A stretch of DNA of 64,000 bases from Tricharina praecox. Taxonomy: Eukaryota. Numbering within the stretch: position 1 is the stretch's first letter; every line of letters starts with the position of its first letter. The notes beneath the pieces were generated by a model. It ran no database searches, was not told the DNA's origin, and was given only the letters and a program-made list of their open reading frames with translations. The stretch lies in the NCBI RefSeq assembly GCF_024521635.1, contig NW_026250424.1, positions 186,001-250,000 on the forward strand, read 5' to 3'. Positions 48,586 to 62,597 of the stretch are shown here, in pieces. The position numbers and the translations under genes were made by a program.

Positions 48586-50435
48586 GTATGTACACAGGGG
48601 AAAGATATTTGGGCAATCGGAAGCCCGCACAGACAATCGTACACATCATACGCGATGTTTGGGGATTGAGGATTGGGGATTGACTGTGATGATTGATGAT
48701 TGATCGACAGTGATGTGATGGTGGTTGATTGGTGCCCGGTGCCCACATGTTCGTTCACGTTTCGGCTCCGGCTCCGGCTCCGGCCCGGTGCCTAGAGTAT
48801 CTAGCGCTGTTGCCAGCGGGCTGTTTTGTTTGCGTGGCAGTCCCTTCGTTCGACAAGGCCGTCCCTGCACTGTGCAGACACATACCGGGGACCAGATACC
48901 AGATATAAGTTACAGCCAGACGAGTGAAGCAAAGCCCCAGCCCAAGTATCCGCAGACTTCCTTTCGAACTCCCATCGTATGTAATCACAATCACGGGTAG
49001 GGATGCTTCGCCGCCGCCGCAGGAAATTAAACCCCAGCTCAACTACTCTAGAGCTTACCTAGAGTCCAAGCTCAAAGCTCAGAGCTTTCCCCACAACGCC
49101 CGCCTTGCCCCTTAAGGAGCAACGATCCGGGGCCGTGGAGAAGCGGCGCCGTGGAGAAGCGGGCCCCCTTAATGGTATCCACATTGGCGCAGTTGAGGAT
49201 GACTAAGCTAGTTGTCTCCGGTCGTGTTCTCATAGCCTCCAAGGAAGTATGCAGAGTACATAGTAGTCCGCCACCGTCCAACCCGGGGTTGGATCATCTG
49301 CCGTAGAAATGGTGAAGGTTCCTGGAGCGAGGAGTGTGAAGAGAGAGGGATTGGCGGCTGCTGTTTTCGTCGTGATGATGGAACTTCGTTGGAAGAACAT
49401 GATACGAAGCAGTGCTTTCATACCTAATGTCACATCAACTCCAGTATATGCTAGGAACAGTACATGAGCAAACATTCATAGTACATCACGAAAGCTAATC
49501 TGGAGTATGGATCTACGTACTCTGCTTTATGTACTATGTGTACAGACAAGAAGATCGATACTGTAGATTAGAGTACCGAGAGTAGCACCTGGAGGGGGCC
49601 ATTGAGCTTGAAAGTTGACGAAGGAGGAAAAGTGATACGGAGTGATCGAGTGATACCCCACCATACGGAACTGCGCTATGTTCATGCAGCGACCCAGTCA
49701 TCCCCCAGAGTTATTGAACGTTGGCATTGAGTCTGCGCGGGGTAGGAGCTTTACGTGTCGTTCAGAGGTCACGGTGCCTCAATTGATACGTGTGATGAAT
49801 GGTGGTTGCATTCTCAATGTTTGGCCTGGCCAGATTGTCGTGCAGCTGCATGCAGCAAAGACAGCAGCAGAAGAAAAGAAAAAAGCCACGATTCGCCGCT
49901 GCGGGTCTTGATGAATCCTCAGCTACTCATAGCAACTACACCCATGATTATATTGCTCGCTGTTTCTCCGTCGCCGCGTCCCCCATGTCCACTTACACCC
50001 AATCCCACGGTGTCCCCCCCTTAATAGCCAGCCCAAATGAATTCGTGCGCATGGGCGCTGGCGTGAAAGCCGAAGTGGAAAAAAAACGTTATGTACGTGA
50101 GCCGGCGTGATTAGTCACCGCAACGACAATGGCATTCTATGGGCCTCCGTGGCAGGGGTCCGCTGCAACGGAGCAAGAACATCATTTCTACCAACTCGTC
50201 AGCTCGCCCATTATCCAACTTCTCGCCTCCGCTCTCTCTCTCCAACTCTCCCCAATAACTCTTCCAACCCACTTCTCCAGCCCTACCTTCGGAAAAAAAA
50301 AAGCCCCTCGCTAGGAATCCTCCAGTCCCCACAGAATCCCCCTTCGTCAAGCACACTCTCTCGACGACCCCCCCGCGCAGCTCTGCGTGCTGCCATTACT
50401 ACCACTACGACTCGCCCCCAGTACCACACACCACA

Positions 50436-52291
50436 ATGAATTCATCCCGACTCATCCTCAACTCCGCGGCGGCCAAACGGACATTCGTCACATCAACCGG
50501 TATGCTGAGCGCTGAGCGATGACTGGGCTCCCGAGCGTGCGTGTGTGGTGGCTTGAGCTTCGCTAACGGGGAGGAACGGACGCAATATAGCTCGGCGAGT
50601 AGTCGCACTCCCGCGTGCATCGGTCGGCTTAACGGCGGGCCGGCTGCGCGGCGATCATTACCGGGTGCCGCGGAGCACCAGCCCATCGCTATTCTTTGTT
50701 GCCAGGGACCTGTCGACGGAGACTTCGACTTCGACGCCGTCGCCTGGCGGTGCCGCCCCGCCGCCGCCCGGCTTCAAGCTCGAGGATGCGAAAAAACCCC
50801 TCGGCATGTCGGAAAAGCCCGTAAAGAGTGATAAGTCGCCGCTGCAGCAGGCGCAGGCGCAGCTTGCGGCCGCGAAGGAGGCCACCGCGGCGAAGGACTC
50901 TAAGTCGGCGGCGTCGGTCCAGATTGCTACCGCGGATGGGAAGGCGCTGGATGGCTCGGCGAAGTCGGCCGCTGAGGAGAAGAAATTGACGGTGTGGCAG
51001 AAGGTCAAGCATGGTGTGCAGCACTTTTGGGATGGTACTAAGCTGTTGGGTATGGAGATCAAGATCTCTTGGAATTTGGCGTTGAAGATGGCGGCGGGCT
51101 ACGAGTTGAGTCGGAGAGAGCGGCGACAGGTATGTGGCTTTTCCTTCTTGCGATGATATTTCTGGGGGGTTGCTGACGTTGGCACAAACAGCTTGAGCGC
51201 ACCGTCAAGGATCTCGGCCGTCTGGTTCCTTTCTCAGTGTTCATTATCGTTCCCGCTGGTGAACTGTTCCTTCCCATCGCTCTGAAGCTCTTCCCCAATC
51301 TGCTCCCCAGCACGTACGAGGACCAGAAACAGAAGGACGCCAAGTCAAGCAAGCTCCGGACCACCAGAAAGGATGTATCGGCATTCATTCGCACCACAAT
51401 GAAGGAGGGCGGCATTCTGCCGATCGGTCCCAAGACCCGCCAGCGCGACGAGTTCACGCAGTTCTTCAAGAAGGTAAATTAAGCTTTCCGAGCTATTTTT
51501 GGCGACGTGCTCTGACACCTCGGCTATAGATCCGCAACAGCGGTGAGTCGCCCACCCGGGAAGAGCTCATCAAGGTCTGCAAGATCTTCAAGGACGACGT
51601 TACCCTAGACGGCCTCTCGCGCCCGCAGCTGGTCGGCATGTGCCGCTACATGAACCTCAACACATTCGGCACGGACGCCATCCTGCGCTACAACATCCGC
51701 CACCGCCTGCGCCAGCTCAAGCGCGACGACCGCGCCATCTCCTTCGAGGGCGTCGACTCGCTTACCGTCCCGGAGCTGCAGAACGCGTGCGCCTCGCGCG
51801 GCATCCGAACGCACGGCATTTCCCCCGCGCGTCTCAGGGACGACCTCAACACCTGGCTGGAGCTGCGCCTCAAGCACGGCCTCCCCAGCACGCTGATGGT
51901 GCTGTCGAGCGCGTTCATGTACTCGACGAACAAGGGCGCCTCCGACTCGGAGCTTGACTCGCACTACGACGCGCTCCTGGCCGTGCTCAGCAGCATCCCC
52001 GAAGAGCTCTACCACGAGATCGAACTCGAGATCCACAGTGCCGAGGGCGCCGCCACCAACAAGCAGCGCCTCGAGGTGTTCAAGGAGCAGCAGGAGCTGA
52101 TCGAAGAGGAGAACGAGCAGCGCAGCGAGGGCACCGCGCCCGCCGCCCCCTACTATGACCGCGACATCGACGAGAAGGTCGCCGATATCCTGGCCGCTTC
52201 GCCCAACGATGCACCCGGAAAGGAGGAGGTCGCCAACGCTGTCAAAGAAGCTGAAGCTATTCTGAAGGAGGAGACCGAGAAGAAGGCGTAG
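50436..52291 (+). CDS. MDM38: LETM1/Mdm38 mitochondrial inner-membrane protein; exons 50436-50499, 50591-51129, 51192-51473, 51530-52291
   Basis: [74 protein letters not shown]. Confidence 0.9.
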
Positions 52292-53150
52292 CCGATCCAT
52301 CCCTCTTCTCTCTCGCTCTCATTCATTGGCTTTTGTTTTACCTTTCTTTCGACTGTCGACTTCAGCTTTCCTAGGCTATTTTCGTTTTGGAATTTTTTCA
52401 CGTTACGTTTGAAGCTTGTACATAAGCCCGGGTGGTCACCATGGTGGCTTCCTTCTCTTGGGGGGAGGGGGGGACGTGATGAATCAACCATTCACGCACG
52501 CCTAGCCCACATACTTACATACATTATAACACATGCCAAAAAACATTTGTTCTATTTTTCTATCTATCTTTCTTTTTCTTTCGCTTTGGTTGGGATTGGG
52601 TGGTGTAGTGGGGTTTATGGAGAACTGGAGAACTGGAGAACTGGACTGGGTTAGGAGTGGGTTGGGTTGGGAATCATAGATGAATTGCCATAGAGAAGTC
52701 GTGTTTTTTTACTATAGTCTGCGCATTGTTTCTTTTTCTATTGGCGAGCGGGGTGGGTGTATAAGTGTATAAGTGTATACTAGAGGGAGGTAAAGGGAGG
52801 GAGGGATAGAGGGCGGGAGGGGATGTGCTGGTGAACGAAGTGCGGGGAGGGGGAATCGATGTGTTGTTCATTCGTTCGCTCGGGCTGCTGGATTGCTTGG
52901 TTACTGGTCACTGGTTACTGGTTACTGGTGCCGTGACTCGTGATGTTGCTGCTTAAGGCGCGGAGATGGGGGGGAACACGTTGCTCCAGCGGAAGCTTGG
53001 AGCTTCAATGTCGAAATCGCAGGGTCGAGTGAGTCCACATGCCTTGCCTCCAACCTCGACGCGTGTCACTGCCACTCAACACGCTTCCTTCCAAGTTCCC
53101 ATTACCCCCACCCCCTCTGATTAACCCCTCCCCGCCCTTCCCCACCCCAA

Positions 53151-53735
53151 TCACCGCCCCCAAGCACCCGCCATCCTCACCGGTCCACCAGCACCATTAC
53201 TGCTGCCCCAGGCACTGCCTATATCATCTTCCTCCTCGTCCTTGTCCCCGCCCTCCTCACCATCCACGAACTCGTCCCCGTCGGACTCATCCTCGTCCTC
53301 GTCAGACAAAGACTCACCATCAATCCGCCGCAACACCCTCGCAACAGCCGCACGCTTCGCTAGGAGCGAGGACTGCGAGAACGAAGACTGCGAGAGCTCG
53401 ACCTGGCGCAGCGCTAGGAACTGGTGCGCGCGCGTTGTGTCGGGGTCTGTGTCCGCTGTGGAGGCGGGGGAGGTGGCGGCGGAGGGGGTGGCGGGAATAG
53501 AGGGGGTGGTGGTTGTGGCGGGGGAGGTGGTGCTGGAAGGGGGCAGGGACGTGGTGGGGGAGAGGATCGCGAGGGCGTCGGCGCTTGGCTGGGGGTGTGT
53601 TAGCTGCTGTTATGGAGCTGGGCTGGTGGGGCGCTAGGGGGACGGAAGGGGTAGGGGAGGGGGGCGGGGGGAAGGAGGGAGGCGGACAATGGTCTTCAGC
53701 AAGGTAAGGTCCGCGAGGAGTTCTGCGACACGCAT
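53151..53735 (-). CDS. Small conserved fungal hypothetical protein with acidic tail; exons 53735-53688, 53588-53151
   Basis: MRVAELLADLTLLKTI|PSADALAIL..DPDTTRAHQFLALRQ..; intron GTCCGC..GCTAAC..CAG; frame open to the stop. Confidence 0.65.
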
Positions 53736-54108
53736 CTTGAGCTGGTGGTTGGGGTGTTGGTGTTGGGGTGTACTGTGGTGGTAACTGGTGGTATGGTGGT
53801 ATGTAGTGGTGGGTTGGAGGTATGCAGTGGTGGGTTGGAGGTAGGTGCAGAGGTGCGGAGTGGGTGCGGAGTGGGTGCGGAGGTGCGGAGTGAGTGAGTG
53901 AGTGCGATGTGATTGACGGGACGGTGATGTTCGTAGATGATTGTGACGTAGGTACCCAGGTACCGACCAGGTAGGTGTGAAGTATGCACCTTGTGGGTTG
54001 TGGATGCAGGTCACGACGCCGCACTCGCTCCGTGCGGCTGGTGGACATTGGAGACGTCCCCCCTCCCTCCCACCACGCGAAACATGTGTGGTTACGCTCA
54101 CACTAAGA

Positions 54109-54480
54109 TGGTCTGCAACATCTCATTCAATATCATGTCCATTCACTCTCACGTCTACTCACTCACCAGTGGTCTGCAATGTCCCATTCATTCTCACGTT
54201 CAGGTGCCCAGTACAAGTGTCTGCAACGTCTCATTCACTCTCACGTCCACTCATTTACTCTCACTCACCAATGGTTTGCAACGCCCCATTCACTCTCACG
54301 TTCACTCATCAGTGGTCTGCAATGTCTCATTCACTCGCACGTCCACTCGCCAGTGGTCTGCAATGTCTCATTCACTCTCACATCCACTCATCCAGTACAA
54401 GTATCTGCAACGTCTCGTTCACTATCACTCCCACGTCTACTCACCTAGCACGGTTGTCTGCAATTTCACATTCACTCTCC
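54109..54480. repeat. Degenerate 8-unit array, core CTGCAAYGTCTCATTCACTCTCACGT, period 41-61 bp
   Basis: Cores start at 54113, 54174, 54221, 54276, 54317, 54358, 54405, 54458. Confidence 0.9.
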
Positions 54481-57400
54481 TATTCACCGACCAATCCGGA
54501 AATCTCAGGTCTCGACAGTGCGCCCCGTGCCCGCCCCGTGCCCGCGAGGACGGCTCCCGAGTCCCGAGGTCGCAGCGACGGTGACGAGTGATACACAGTG
54601 ATTACTTCGTTTCGCCCATCCGGCTGGCTGGCGCTGCCGTGGAGTCCTCACGGCCGGGCATGTGTGGTCATCTGTTGTGTAGGTAGGTATACAAGAAGCC
54701 GTAGTATTCACCAGCGGGAGATCTACATACAAAAAAACTTCACCGAGAGCTACCTACCTACCGTACGGTGTGATTTGGACAAAGGGCAGGATTTCACTAC
54801 CGGCGCAACCGGGCTGGATACGAATTGGTAACGCAGCCGTTCCCGCCCACAGAGTATGTAGCAGCGGCTCAGAAGCGTAGCGGCACGGCTCACGAGCATA
54901 CGGTAGTCATAGTTACGGCATCTGAAATCCAGCACGAAACACGGTAGACACCCATATGTGCGTGTGTGTGTGTGTGTACTCGGATTCAACGATCCAACGC
55001 GGGACGGGAGAGGTGGGGGCAAGCAGGTAGGCTATCTGACTGACGGAGGGCGTCTCCGCGTCTAGGTACGGGGAATAGATACCGAGATTCGCCAAAAAGC
55101 AATGGTGTAGTGGCGATGGCGGCGCTGGACACAGACGACTTCGGTACTGCAATGCTATGTACCTGCCAGTACTCTACGTTGAAACCGCGACTACCTACCG
55201 TGCTGGAGGGGCAGCAGCGGACGGGTCGCGAGTGGGGCGGGTGGGAGCGGAACCGGGATGAGTCCAAGTTGAAGGCCAGACGGAGTGAGTGAGTGAGTGG
55301 GTGTGTGTGGGCGATTAGCCCGAACCGCCCGAGTCGAGCGGAAGGAGTTTCGGAATGTGGCGGTGGAGCACTACCCTTCTACCGGTACTCTAGAAGAAGA
55401 ATCACGGGCTTGGAGCATCCGGCTGCTTTGGTCGAAAAACGTTTGGAACCACCTACTTCAAAGCGCAGCTGCGCGGGTCGGAAGCCCAATCACGGAGGGA
55501 AGATTACGGTACATAAGAGCAGAAGGCTGAAGGATGTTGATATTGACGTTGATACCGAATGACCGTGGTACCTAACCACGACCTAAACCTTTCCAAGCGT
55601 GGTATCTACTCTACTCTAGAGCAGAGCAGAGTAGGTACACGCAGCGCGGTACATAGCAAACGGAAAGAAGAAAAATTGCAGCATGGACTTGCATGGCTCC
55701 TGCTCGGCGGGGACGAACGAAGAAGTCCCGCTACTGCTGTACCCTATGCACACGTGTGTACGAGTACTTTACTGATACCAGCCGCTTGCAGGTGATGTCG
55801 CCGCATGATTGGTCCCGAAATTAAGGACCACGGGGGGAGGGGGGGTCTTATGTCTGCTGAATGTACTGTACTCGCACATAGGCAGCAGCCCTACGGCGGC
55901 ATGATCCGCAGCGGCTCACTATTGCTCACTCGAGCGACGGTTAACGGACTGATATCCGCCAGCCGTAGCATCATAGGTTTTTACTATGGAACCCTGCGTC
56001 CGGCAGTTAATAACTTAACACCTGGCGCAGTACGCGTGACAGCGTGCTGGCAGAAGCAGAGGCTAGAGGCGAGAGGGAGGGAGAAGGGGGCGAAAGCGTC
56101 GGTGCTTGTGATCAGGACGGATGCCGTAGGGCCGAGGGCGGCGGCGGGTGATATTCCGTGATGGTGCTCCCCGAGGACGTGGCGCGCTTATGTGCTTTCT
56201 CCGTCTCTGTTGCCGATCGGATCGGCGTGGCTCTGTCACTCTGTGGCATTCAGCGCTTTTGGGGTGCACATCCACGGTCCACCCGCGCCCACGGTGCCGT
56301 AGGTATCCACCCGGCCGGTTCTGGCAGCAGGCAGACATGGCCCCAGCTTTGCTTTCGGAACCACGAGATTTCTCGCACCGTAGGTATGTAACCCACGTGC
56401 TCGATGGGTTCTCCATGACAGCGGAAGTATTCTACTAGTATTCTATTCTCCGAACGGCTCCGCGCGCTTGCAGCGGGTGGGATGGGATGAGATGTCGCGG
56501 TCCGCGGCCGTCCCGCCCTTCCTTCCGTTGTGTCGAGCGAGCGAGTGAGACTCCGTAGGTGTTCCGCCAGCCGCAGACGTGGATCACCACTACCCCTCCC
56601 CCCTCCCTTCCCTCCCCTCTCTCCCCTCCCCTCTCTACCCCGCGCCCATGCCTACCCGCACATCCAATCCAATCCAATCCAATCCAATCCAATCTAGGCT
56701 AGGCCAGGCCAACGGCAGAAAGGTATCTCTACGATCAGCGCTTCAGCGGTGGTGGAGGGGCGAGGGTGGAGCAGTGAAGATCTCGCGGGTATTTTTTTGT
56801 GAAGGTTTTGCTGTTGTGGGGGAGGTGGGAGGGAGATTTATTCGACTCCGCTTTGGACCGTTATGTGTGTACATGCGAGGATCTATCACCCGTGGGAAGG
56901 GATCGCGAGTCTTTCCTCCGGCCACGTTTTGTGGGGGGTTCGCGATGTCACACTTTAGGTAGGTAGGCAGGTGCCTATTCTGCTCTAACTACCTGGTGGA
57001 GCTTGGAATGGAAGGCTTGGAAGGGCAGGCTTGGAATGGAAGGCTTGGAATCACAGGCTTGAGCTTGCGGATCGAGTCTGAGCTGGTGACTCGTGAGTGA
57101 ACGCGGAAGCTGGTTCGAACAAGTCCTACTGTTCTACCCCTATGTACCGGTATGCATGCATACTATGATACAAACGCCGCCGCCGTCGTCGTCGTAAGCA
57201 GCTCCTGTACACCCTACCGTATGCACCGACAGGATGTCAGAATCCACCCAACGAGAGAGGAGGAGGTGGAGCCCGTGCTCCACGCTCCATCATCCTGAAG
57301 ACTCGACTCCAGGGCGAAACCACCGTCGAAAAACCATCCTCTAGGTACTCTAGCTTCCATCCGAAGGAAGGAAGGAAGAAAGAAAGGAAGGGCTAACCAG

Positions 57401-58593
57401 GCATCTACGGTATCGCATTCGCGGCCCCCCCGGGGCCCCAAGCACCAGCACCAAGCACCAAGCACCAAGCACCGTTGCGTAATGTCTCCCCTTCTGCCCA
57501 TCTGCCCTTCTCCCCCAGTCTCCCGTTATGTATCGTATGTATCGTGTCGTATCGATAGCCCACGGTAGTTCCATAGCTACCATGTATCACAAAAGGAAAG
57601 CTGTGTATGTAGGTAGTTAGAGCACCTAGCTTGGATGGTAGGACGTTGGACGGACGTCATCCATGCACTTGCCCTCTGCTCGTGGAGTGCATATTTCTCC
57701 CTCCGAGAAAAAGCAAGAAGAGACGAATGAACAAGCGGACGGGGTGGGAACGGGGTGGGTACCCATCCACACATCCACACACCCATCCACCCACCCACCC
57801 ATTCACCCATTCATCCATCATCCATCATCCATCGAATGTGCACCTGCAGGATTCCGCAGAGCACAGCGGGGGGGAGAGGGTGAGAGGGGGGGGGGAGGGT
57901 GAGAGGGAAGTGTGAGGTGGGGGCGTGCCGCGTAGAGGAGGAATCCTCGGCCTTCCACCGGCACTTTGTAACGAGCGAGATGATGTCGAGTGCCTACAGA
58001 GGTACATAAGCCAGAGAGGAGAGAGCACACAGCACGGGGGGAGTGGCCAAGAGCGTCACAACCTCCGGGATGGGGAAGGAACTTGGGGCTCGCTCGCACC
58101 ATCCTTTAAGGTCAAGGTAAGGTAAGGTTGACGTTGGTTGGGGCGCGTTCCCTTTCCTTTCCAGTCCAGTCCGGTCCGCGGGTTGTACCGGTCTGTATGT
58201 AGTGTAGATACTCTAGATAGGTAAGTACGGTACGGTATGTGCTCTAGGACCCTGCTGATCGCACCGCGAAATTTCGCCACCGAGCAAGCAAGCAGAAAAA
58301 CCGGTAAACGTACATATCATGGGCTATCACTCGCGCATCCGGAGACTCGCGCACACGGTAGCTACATAAATAGGTGGTCAAGGGGGATGCCGAAGATCGT
58401 TGCCGCATGGGGATGGGCTGCAGGTTCTGAAGAGATGAAGGGTGTGGGGGAACGGAAGCCTTGGATCGAGCTCAGGATCCGGTCTGCTCAACTGCTCAGG
58501 TCAGGTCCAGTGATGTCGTTACCTGCCAAGTCCTTCCTTCAGGTTTTCGAGAGTGGTGGCCTAGTAGCTGGGCGATTTCCAACATCCACCCAT

Positions 58594-58598
<5 letters not shown>

Positions 58599-58683
<85 letters not shown>

Positions 58684-58692
58684 TCTCTCTCT
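58599..58692. repeat. Compound (CA)n(CT)n microsatellite
   Basis: Directly visible in the sequence. Confidence 0.95.
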
Positions 58693-61600
58693 ACACCCGG
58701 CTGGGAGCCTTCGTTCTCAGCGAATTTCTTCTTACCCCATCGGAATAACTAAAGCCACCCTTTTTTTGCTTTCTTTCTTTTTTCCGCGTGCAGGTGGATT
58801 TCAGGTATATTGCTCGATTAGAGTACGGTAGAGTAGAGTAGAGTAGTGCCATCCGAAATCCTCACCACGACGATTGTGATGATGCCGGTTCCGGTTGGTC
58901 CGTGTATATACATTAGGTACTTAGCTAGAGTAGGGTAGAGTGCCTTACCCCATATTCAGTACCCGGAAGAAGAAGCTTTTCATATGTATACCTTTTCATT
59001 TATGATTCGTCACACCACCCATACACCTGTCCGGGGGAAGAGGAGGGAGGGAGGGCGGGGAGGAGGATGGGTGGATGGGTGGAAGGGTATCGGGGGGATC
59101 GACACGAAACATCGTGGGAAAAAGGGAAGCGGAACCTTGCTACTCTGGGCACTCTACTCTATGTGAGTTACCCTCGCTCCATACGTATGTAACGAATGTA
59201 ACGGAACGTTACGTCCTGTCTCCCTCAGGCTCCTCCTCCTTTGCCTGCCTGCTTCTTCTCTCGCCGGCCGGCCGCCATGCATGCCTGCAGGGCGACGATA
59301 AGCGCGGTGGACTTTGAATCGATCTCCCCCCCCTCCCTCTCTCCCTCCCTCCCTCCCTCCCTCCCTCCCTCCCTCCCTCCCTCCCAGAACACTTCCCCAC
59401 GGATTTCGAACGACGTATGGTAGATTAACTACCGTAGACCTACCGCAGTCTGCAGACCGACCAACCCGCCCCGGAGCAATGAGTTACCTATGACACGACC
59501 GTGCCAGGAATTCGAGTAAAGCATTCGAACCGAACTGGGTCGGAACGAGAGAAGGCTCTGAAGATTCCTGCCGCAACGGGAATCCAGTAACCAGTTCGGC
59601 GTCAGTTCCGCCTTTACGTTGCAGCGGCCAGTGGACAGCAGACAGCAGCGCGCATCTTCCCTTCCCTTCCCGTCACGTCGCAGTGCAGTGCAGCGGCAGC
59701 AGCAGGAGCTTTCTTACGCACATCGAGAAAAATCTTGATTTATATATTGACCCGGATAAAAATACCAGGGCGCCGGAGGCCGGAGCGGAGAGCGGAAGCA
59801 AAGCAAAGCAAGTAAGCAAGCCTGCGAACCCAACCCTGTGACACCCGACACCGACACACCGACACACCGTCCGCTCGCTCGTTCGTTCGTTATTTCGTTA
59901 TTTCTCCGGCAGCTGAGCCGAGTCGCCGGCCTACTCTACATACCTACGGTGGTACGGTGGTACGGTGGTACCTATGCGAAGTGCGACGTGCGCCGTGCGT
60001 GCGTGCGCATGTATGTTGTATGTATGTAAAAGCATCTCCATCGGAAGCAGCTGTAGAGTATGATATGTATGATATGTATAGTAGAGTACCGTATGTACGC
60101 TACGGTAAGGTATACACTCAGGGTCCGCAATTCGTTTGCCACACACCGCACACGTCAGGTACTCTAGAGTGGAGTGGAGTAGGTACATACGGCGCAGTGT
60201 CGTGGCGCTGTGCGGTCAAGACTGAAGTGAAGTGCACGATGAGCCCCGTCCCGTTGCTGTGGTCGGCGGTCGCTCGCTCCTTGGAAGTTGGAACATCTGT
60301 TCCGACAAACACAAACCCGCGGTCTCTTCTCCATCTTCGGTGCCCGGCCAACTTCCCTCTCGCCGTCATGACCATCTGTGCCGGAATGCGCTTGGTATAC
60401 CTGGCACCTACTCCCCCCATATCCCAGCGGGATATGGGATATGGGATATGGGAGACTGGAAGTTCCAACTTCTCGAGCTTCAAAGTTCAAGGAATTTAAA
60501 ATAAAGAGGTGAATGATGTGGTTTGTAGTCGGGCTATACCAGTAGGTTCCGTACATACACACATACATACGACATACCTACGCACAGCGCACGCTCCTGA
60601 GTCCTGATAGGATGGGAATTGCTTCCATACTTCCAGCACCGAACCGGGGGGTTGTAACTTGTAACTTGTGGTTGTGGTTGTCGAATACCTGCTGGTAGGT
60701 AAGTTTCTTTCTCTGGCGTCAGGACTCATTCCGTACCGAATGGTTCGACCGTTCGAGAGATCTAAATGTTACTTGTTTGAATGCCAAGAAGATGGAAAAC
60801 GAAATGATCTTCTAGGTCGCTTTTTTCTTTTTGATATTGATTTATGTTGCGTAGTTCGAGAACAGAGTCGTTTGCAAATTGCCGCCGGCATGGAGTCCAC
60901 CAGGCTGTCCCGGCTGTCCAGGCTGTTGTTCAGCCGCGACAAGCGGCCGGGCTGCCGGGCTGCCTGCGGGACGCCACCAATGTTGAATGTTCCGAGGTGT
61001 GGCTTGCGGATAGCCGCGCTACCCTACTCTACTCTCTCAACTGTCATGCTGGATAGTAGCCTGGTCGATATGTGAAAGTGCCGGTTGGGATCTTTTCGTC
61101 TGTCGTTGCTCGGTTATACCCAGATGAAATGGTAACAGTCTGGTAGTTAATAGGAGTTGCATTATCTATTCGACCACTCCACCAATCTCCTCGAGCTCTC
61201 GAGTCCGGTAACTGTTTATTCCTTCGAAGCGTGCCTCCTCGAGTAGGCAGATGGAGAATGGAAAGAGGCGAACCCTGCGACCCGACCCGACCGTTCTCGG
61301 CCGTGAAAATACCATTACATGCTCTACATACATGTAGAGTATCTGGAGTACCAGTATGTATCATGAATGTAAGGTAACCGAGAGTTAGTACAAGTAGGTA
61401 GGAGACAGCCAGGAGTCCATGACTTGTCATCATCATCATCATCGAGATGTCAGGGCCCATCAATAAGGCAGACTTTCCATTCCACTCCCTCACCAACACC
61501 ACCGCCTTGAGAGCCTGAGTAGAGTATCTACCGTAGTGCTGCACGGCGAACCGGGGAGTTGGTTAGATAGCCCTCCTCCTCCCCCGGCCTCCCCCCTCCC

Positions 61601-62532
61601 CACCCCCTCACGTTTCGCGGAGTGACCGAGATCGTGGTCACCTCTTTGACGTAGATTCGATGATGGAGGGGGGGAGGGGTGGGGAGGGGGGGGGGGGGGG
61701 GGGCGTGCGGGAGGGAGGGAAGGGAGTGCACGGTCTCTTACCCTCATCCTCCTTCCCTCCTTCCCTCCTTCCCTCCTTCCCTCCTTCCCTCCTTCCCGTT
61801 TCCTCGCATCCTTCCCCCCGTCCTTTCCCCTCGTCTTTTTCCGACGACTGCTCCAACTACCCAGGTGCATAATCCAACAGAAATTGTAGGTGTGTAGTTC
61901 CCGTCGTGAAGACACAAGACACAAGACACAAGCCGAGTAAGGCGGTTCCAACTTCTCGCTCGCTCGCTCACCCCGGGTTCGCAATGGCAGCCTGACGGGA
62001 CCCTTGCCCTTGGGATTGGGATTATGGTTAGGATTCAGATTCAGATTTGGCTTTGGCTTTGGCTTTGGATACGACACCGCCATCTACACGCCGCGGAGAT
62101 TGCAGATTATTCCTAGATGTGGCCGCCGGATGCGCTTGTTGTGTGTCCCCCTCCCCGTTGCCCCGTTGTCGATTTTCCGTTCCAACGGGGTGAGAGGAGG
62201 GTGAAGGGGGGGCAGTTTGTTGGGTTTGGACTTTGCTTGCAGTGCTTGCAGGCAGCGCAGTGGACACTGGATGAGCTAACGGAGCTGGGCGCTGCCAAAT
62301 GTCTCTCCTCCTCCGGAGCATGCTCCTGCATTCGCGATAGCCTCTCACTCCTCCTACCCCCCAACCCGACCCCCCAGCCCGACCCACCCCGGGCCCGCCA
62401 CTCACCCCAGCCCGCCACGACCTCACCTAAGCGGAGATACGCGACGAAGGTTGCTTGCTTGCTTGTCGGCCTCCTAACCACCTGCCTTGTTGCTTGCTTG
62501 TATGTATGTAGCCTGCCTGCCTCGCCTGTGCT

Positions 62533-62597
62533 TTGACGGGGGGGCTTGACGGGGCTTGACGGGGCTTGACGGGGCTTGACGGGGCTTGACGGGGCTT
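62533..62597. repeat. 10-bp tandem repeat (GGGGCTTGAC)x5-6
   Basis: Five perfect copies at 62541-62590 plus partial flanking copies. Confidence 0.95.

Noticed and set aside
49277..49293. Palindrome TCCAACCC-G-GGGTTGGA
   Set aside because: About one 8-bp-arm palindrome of this kind is expected by chance in 64 kb.
54109..54480. CRISPR array
   Set aside because: Eukaryotic context, degenerate repeats, spacers homologous to each other, no cas genes.
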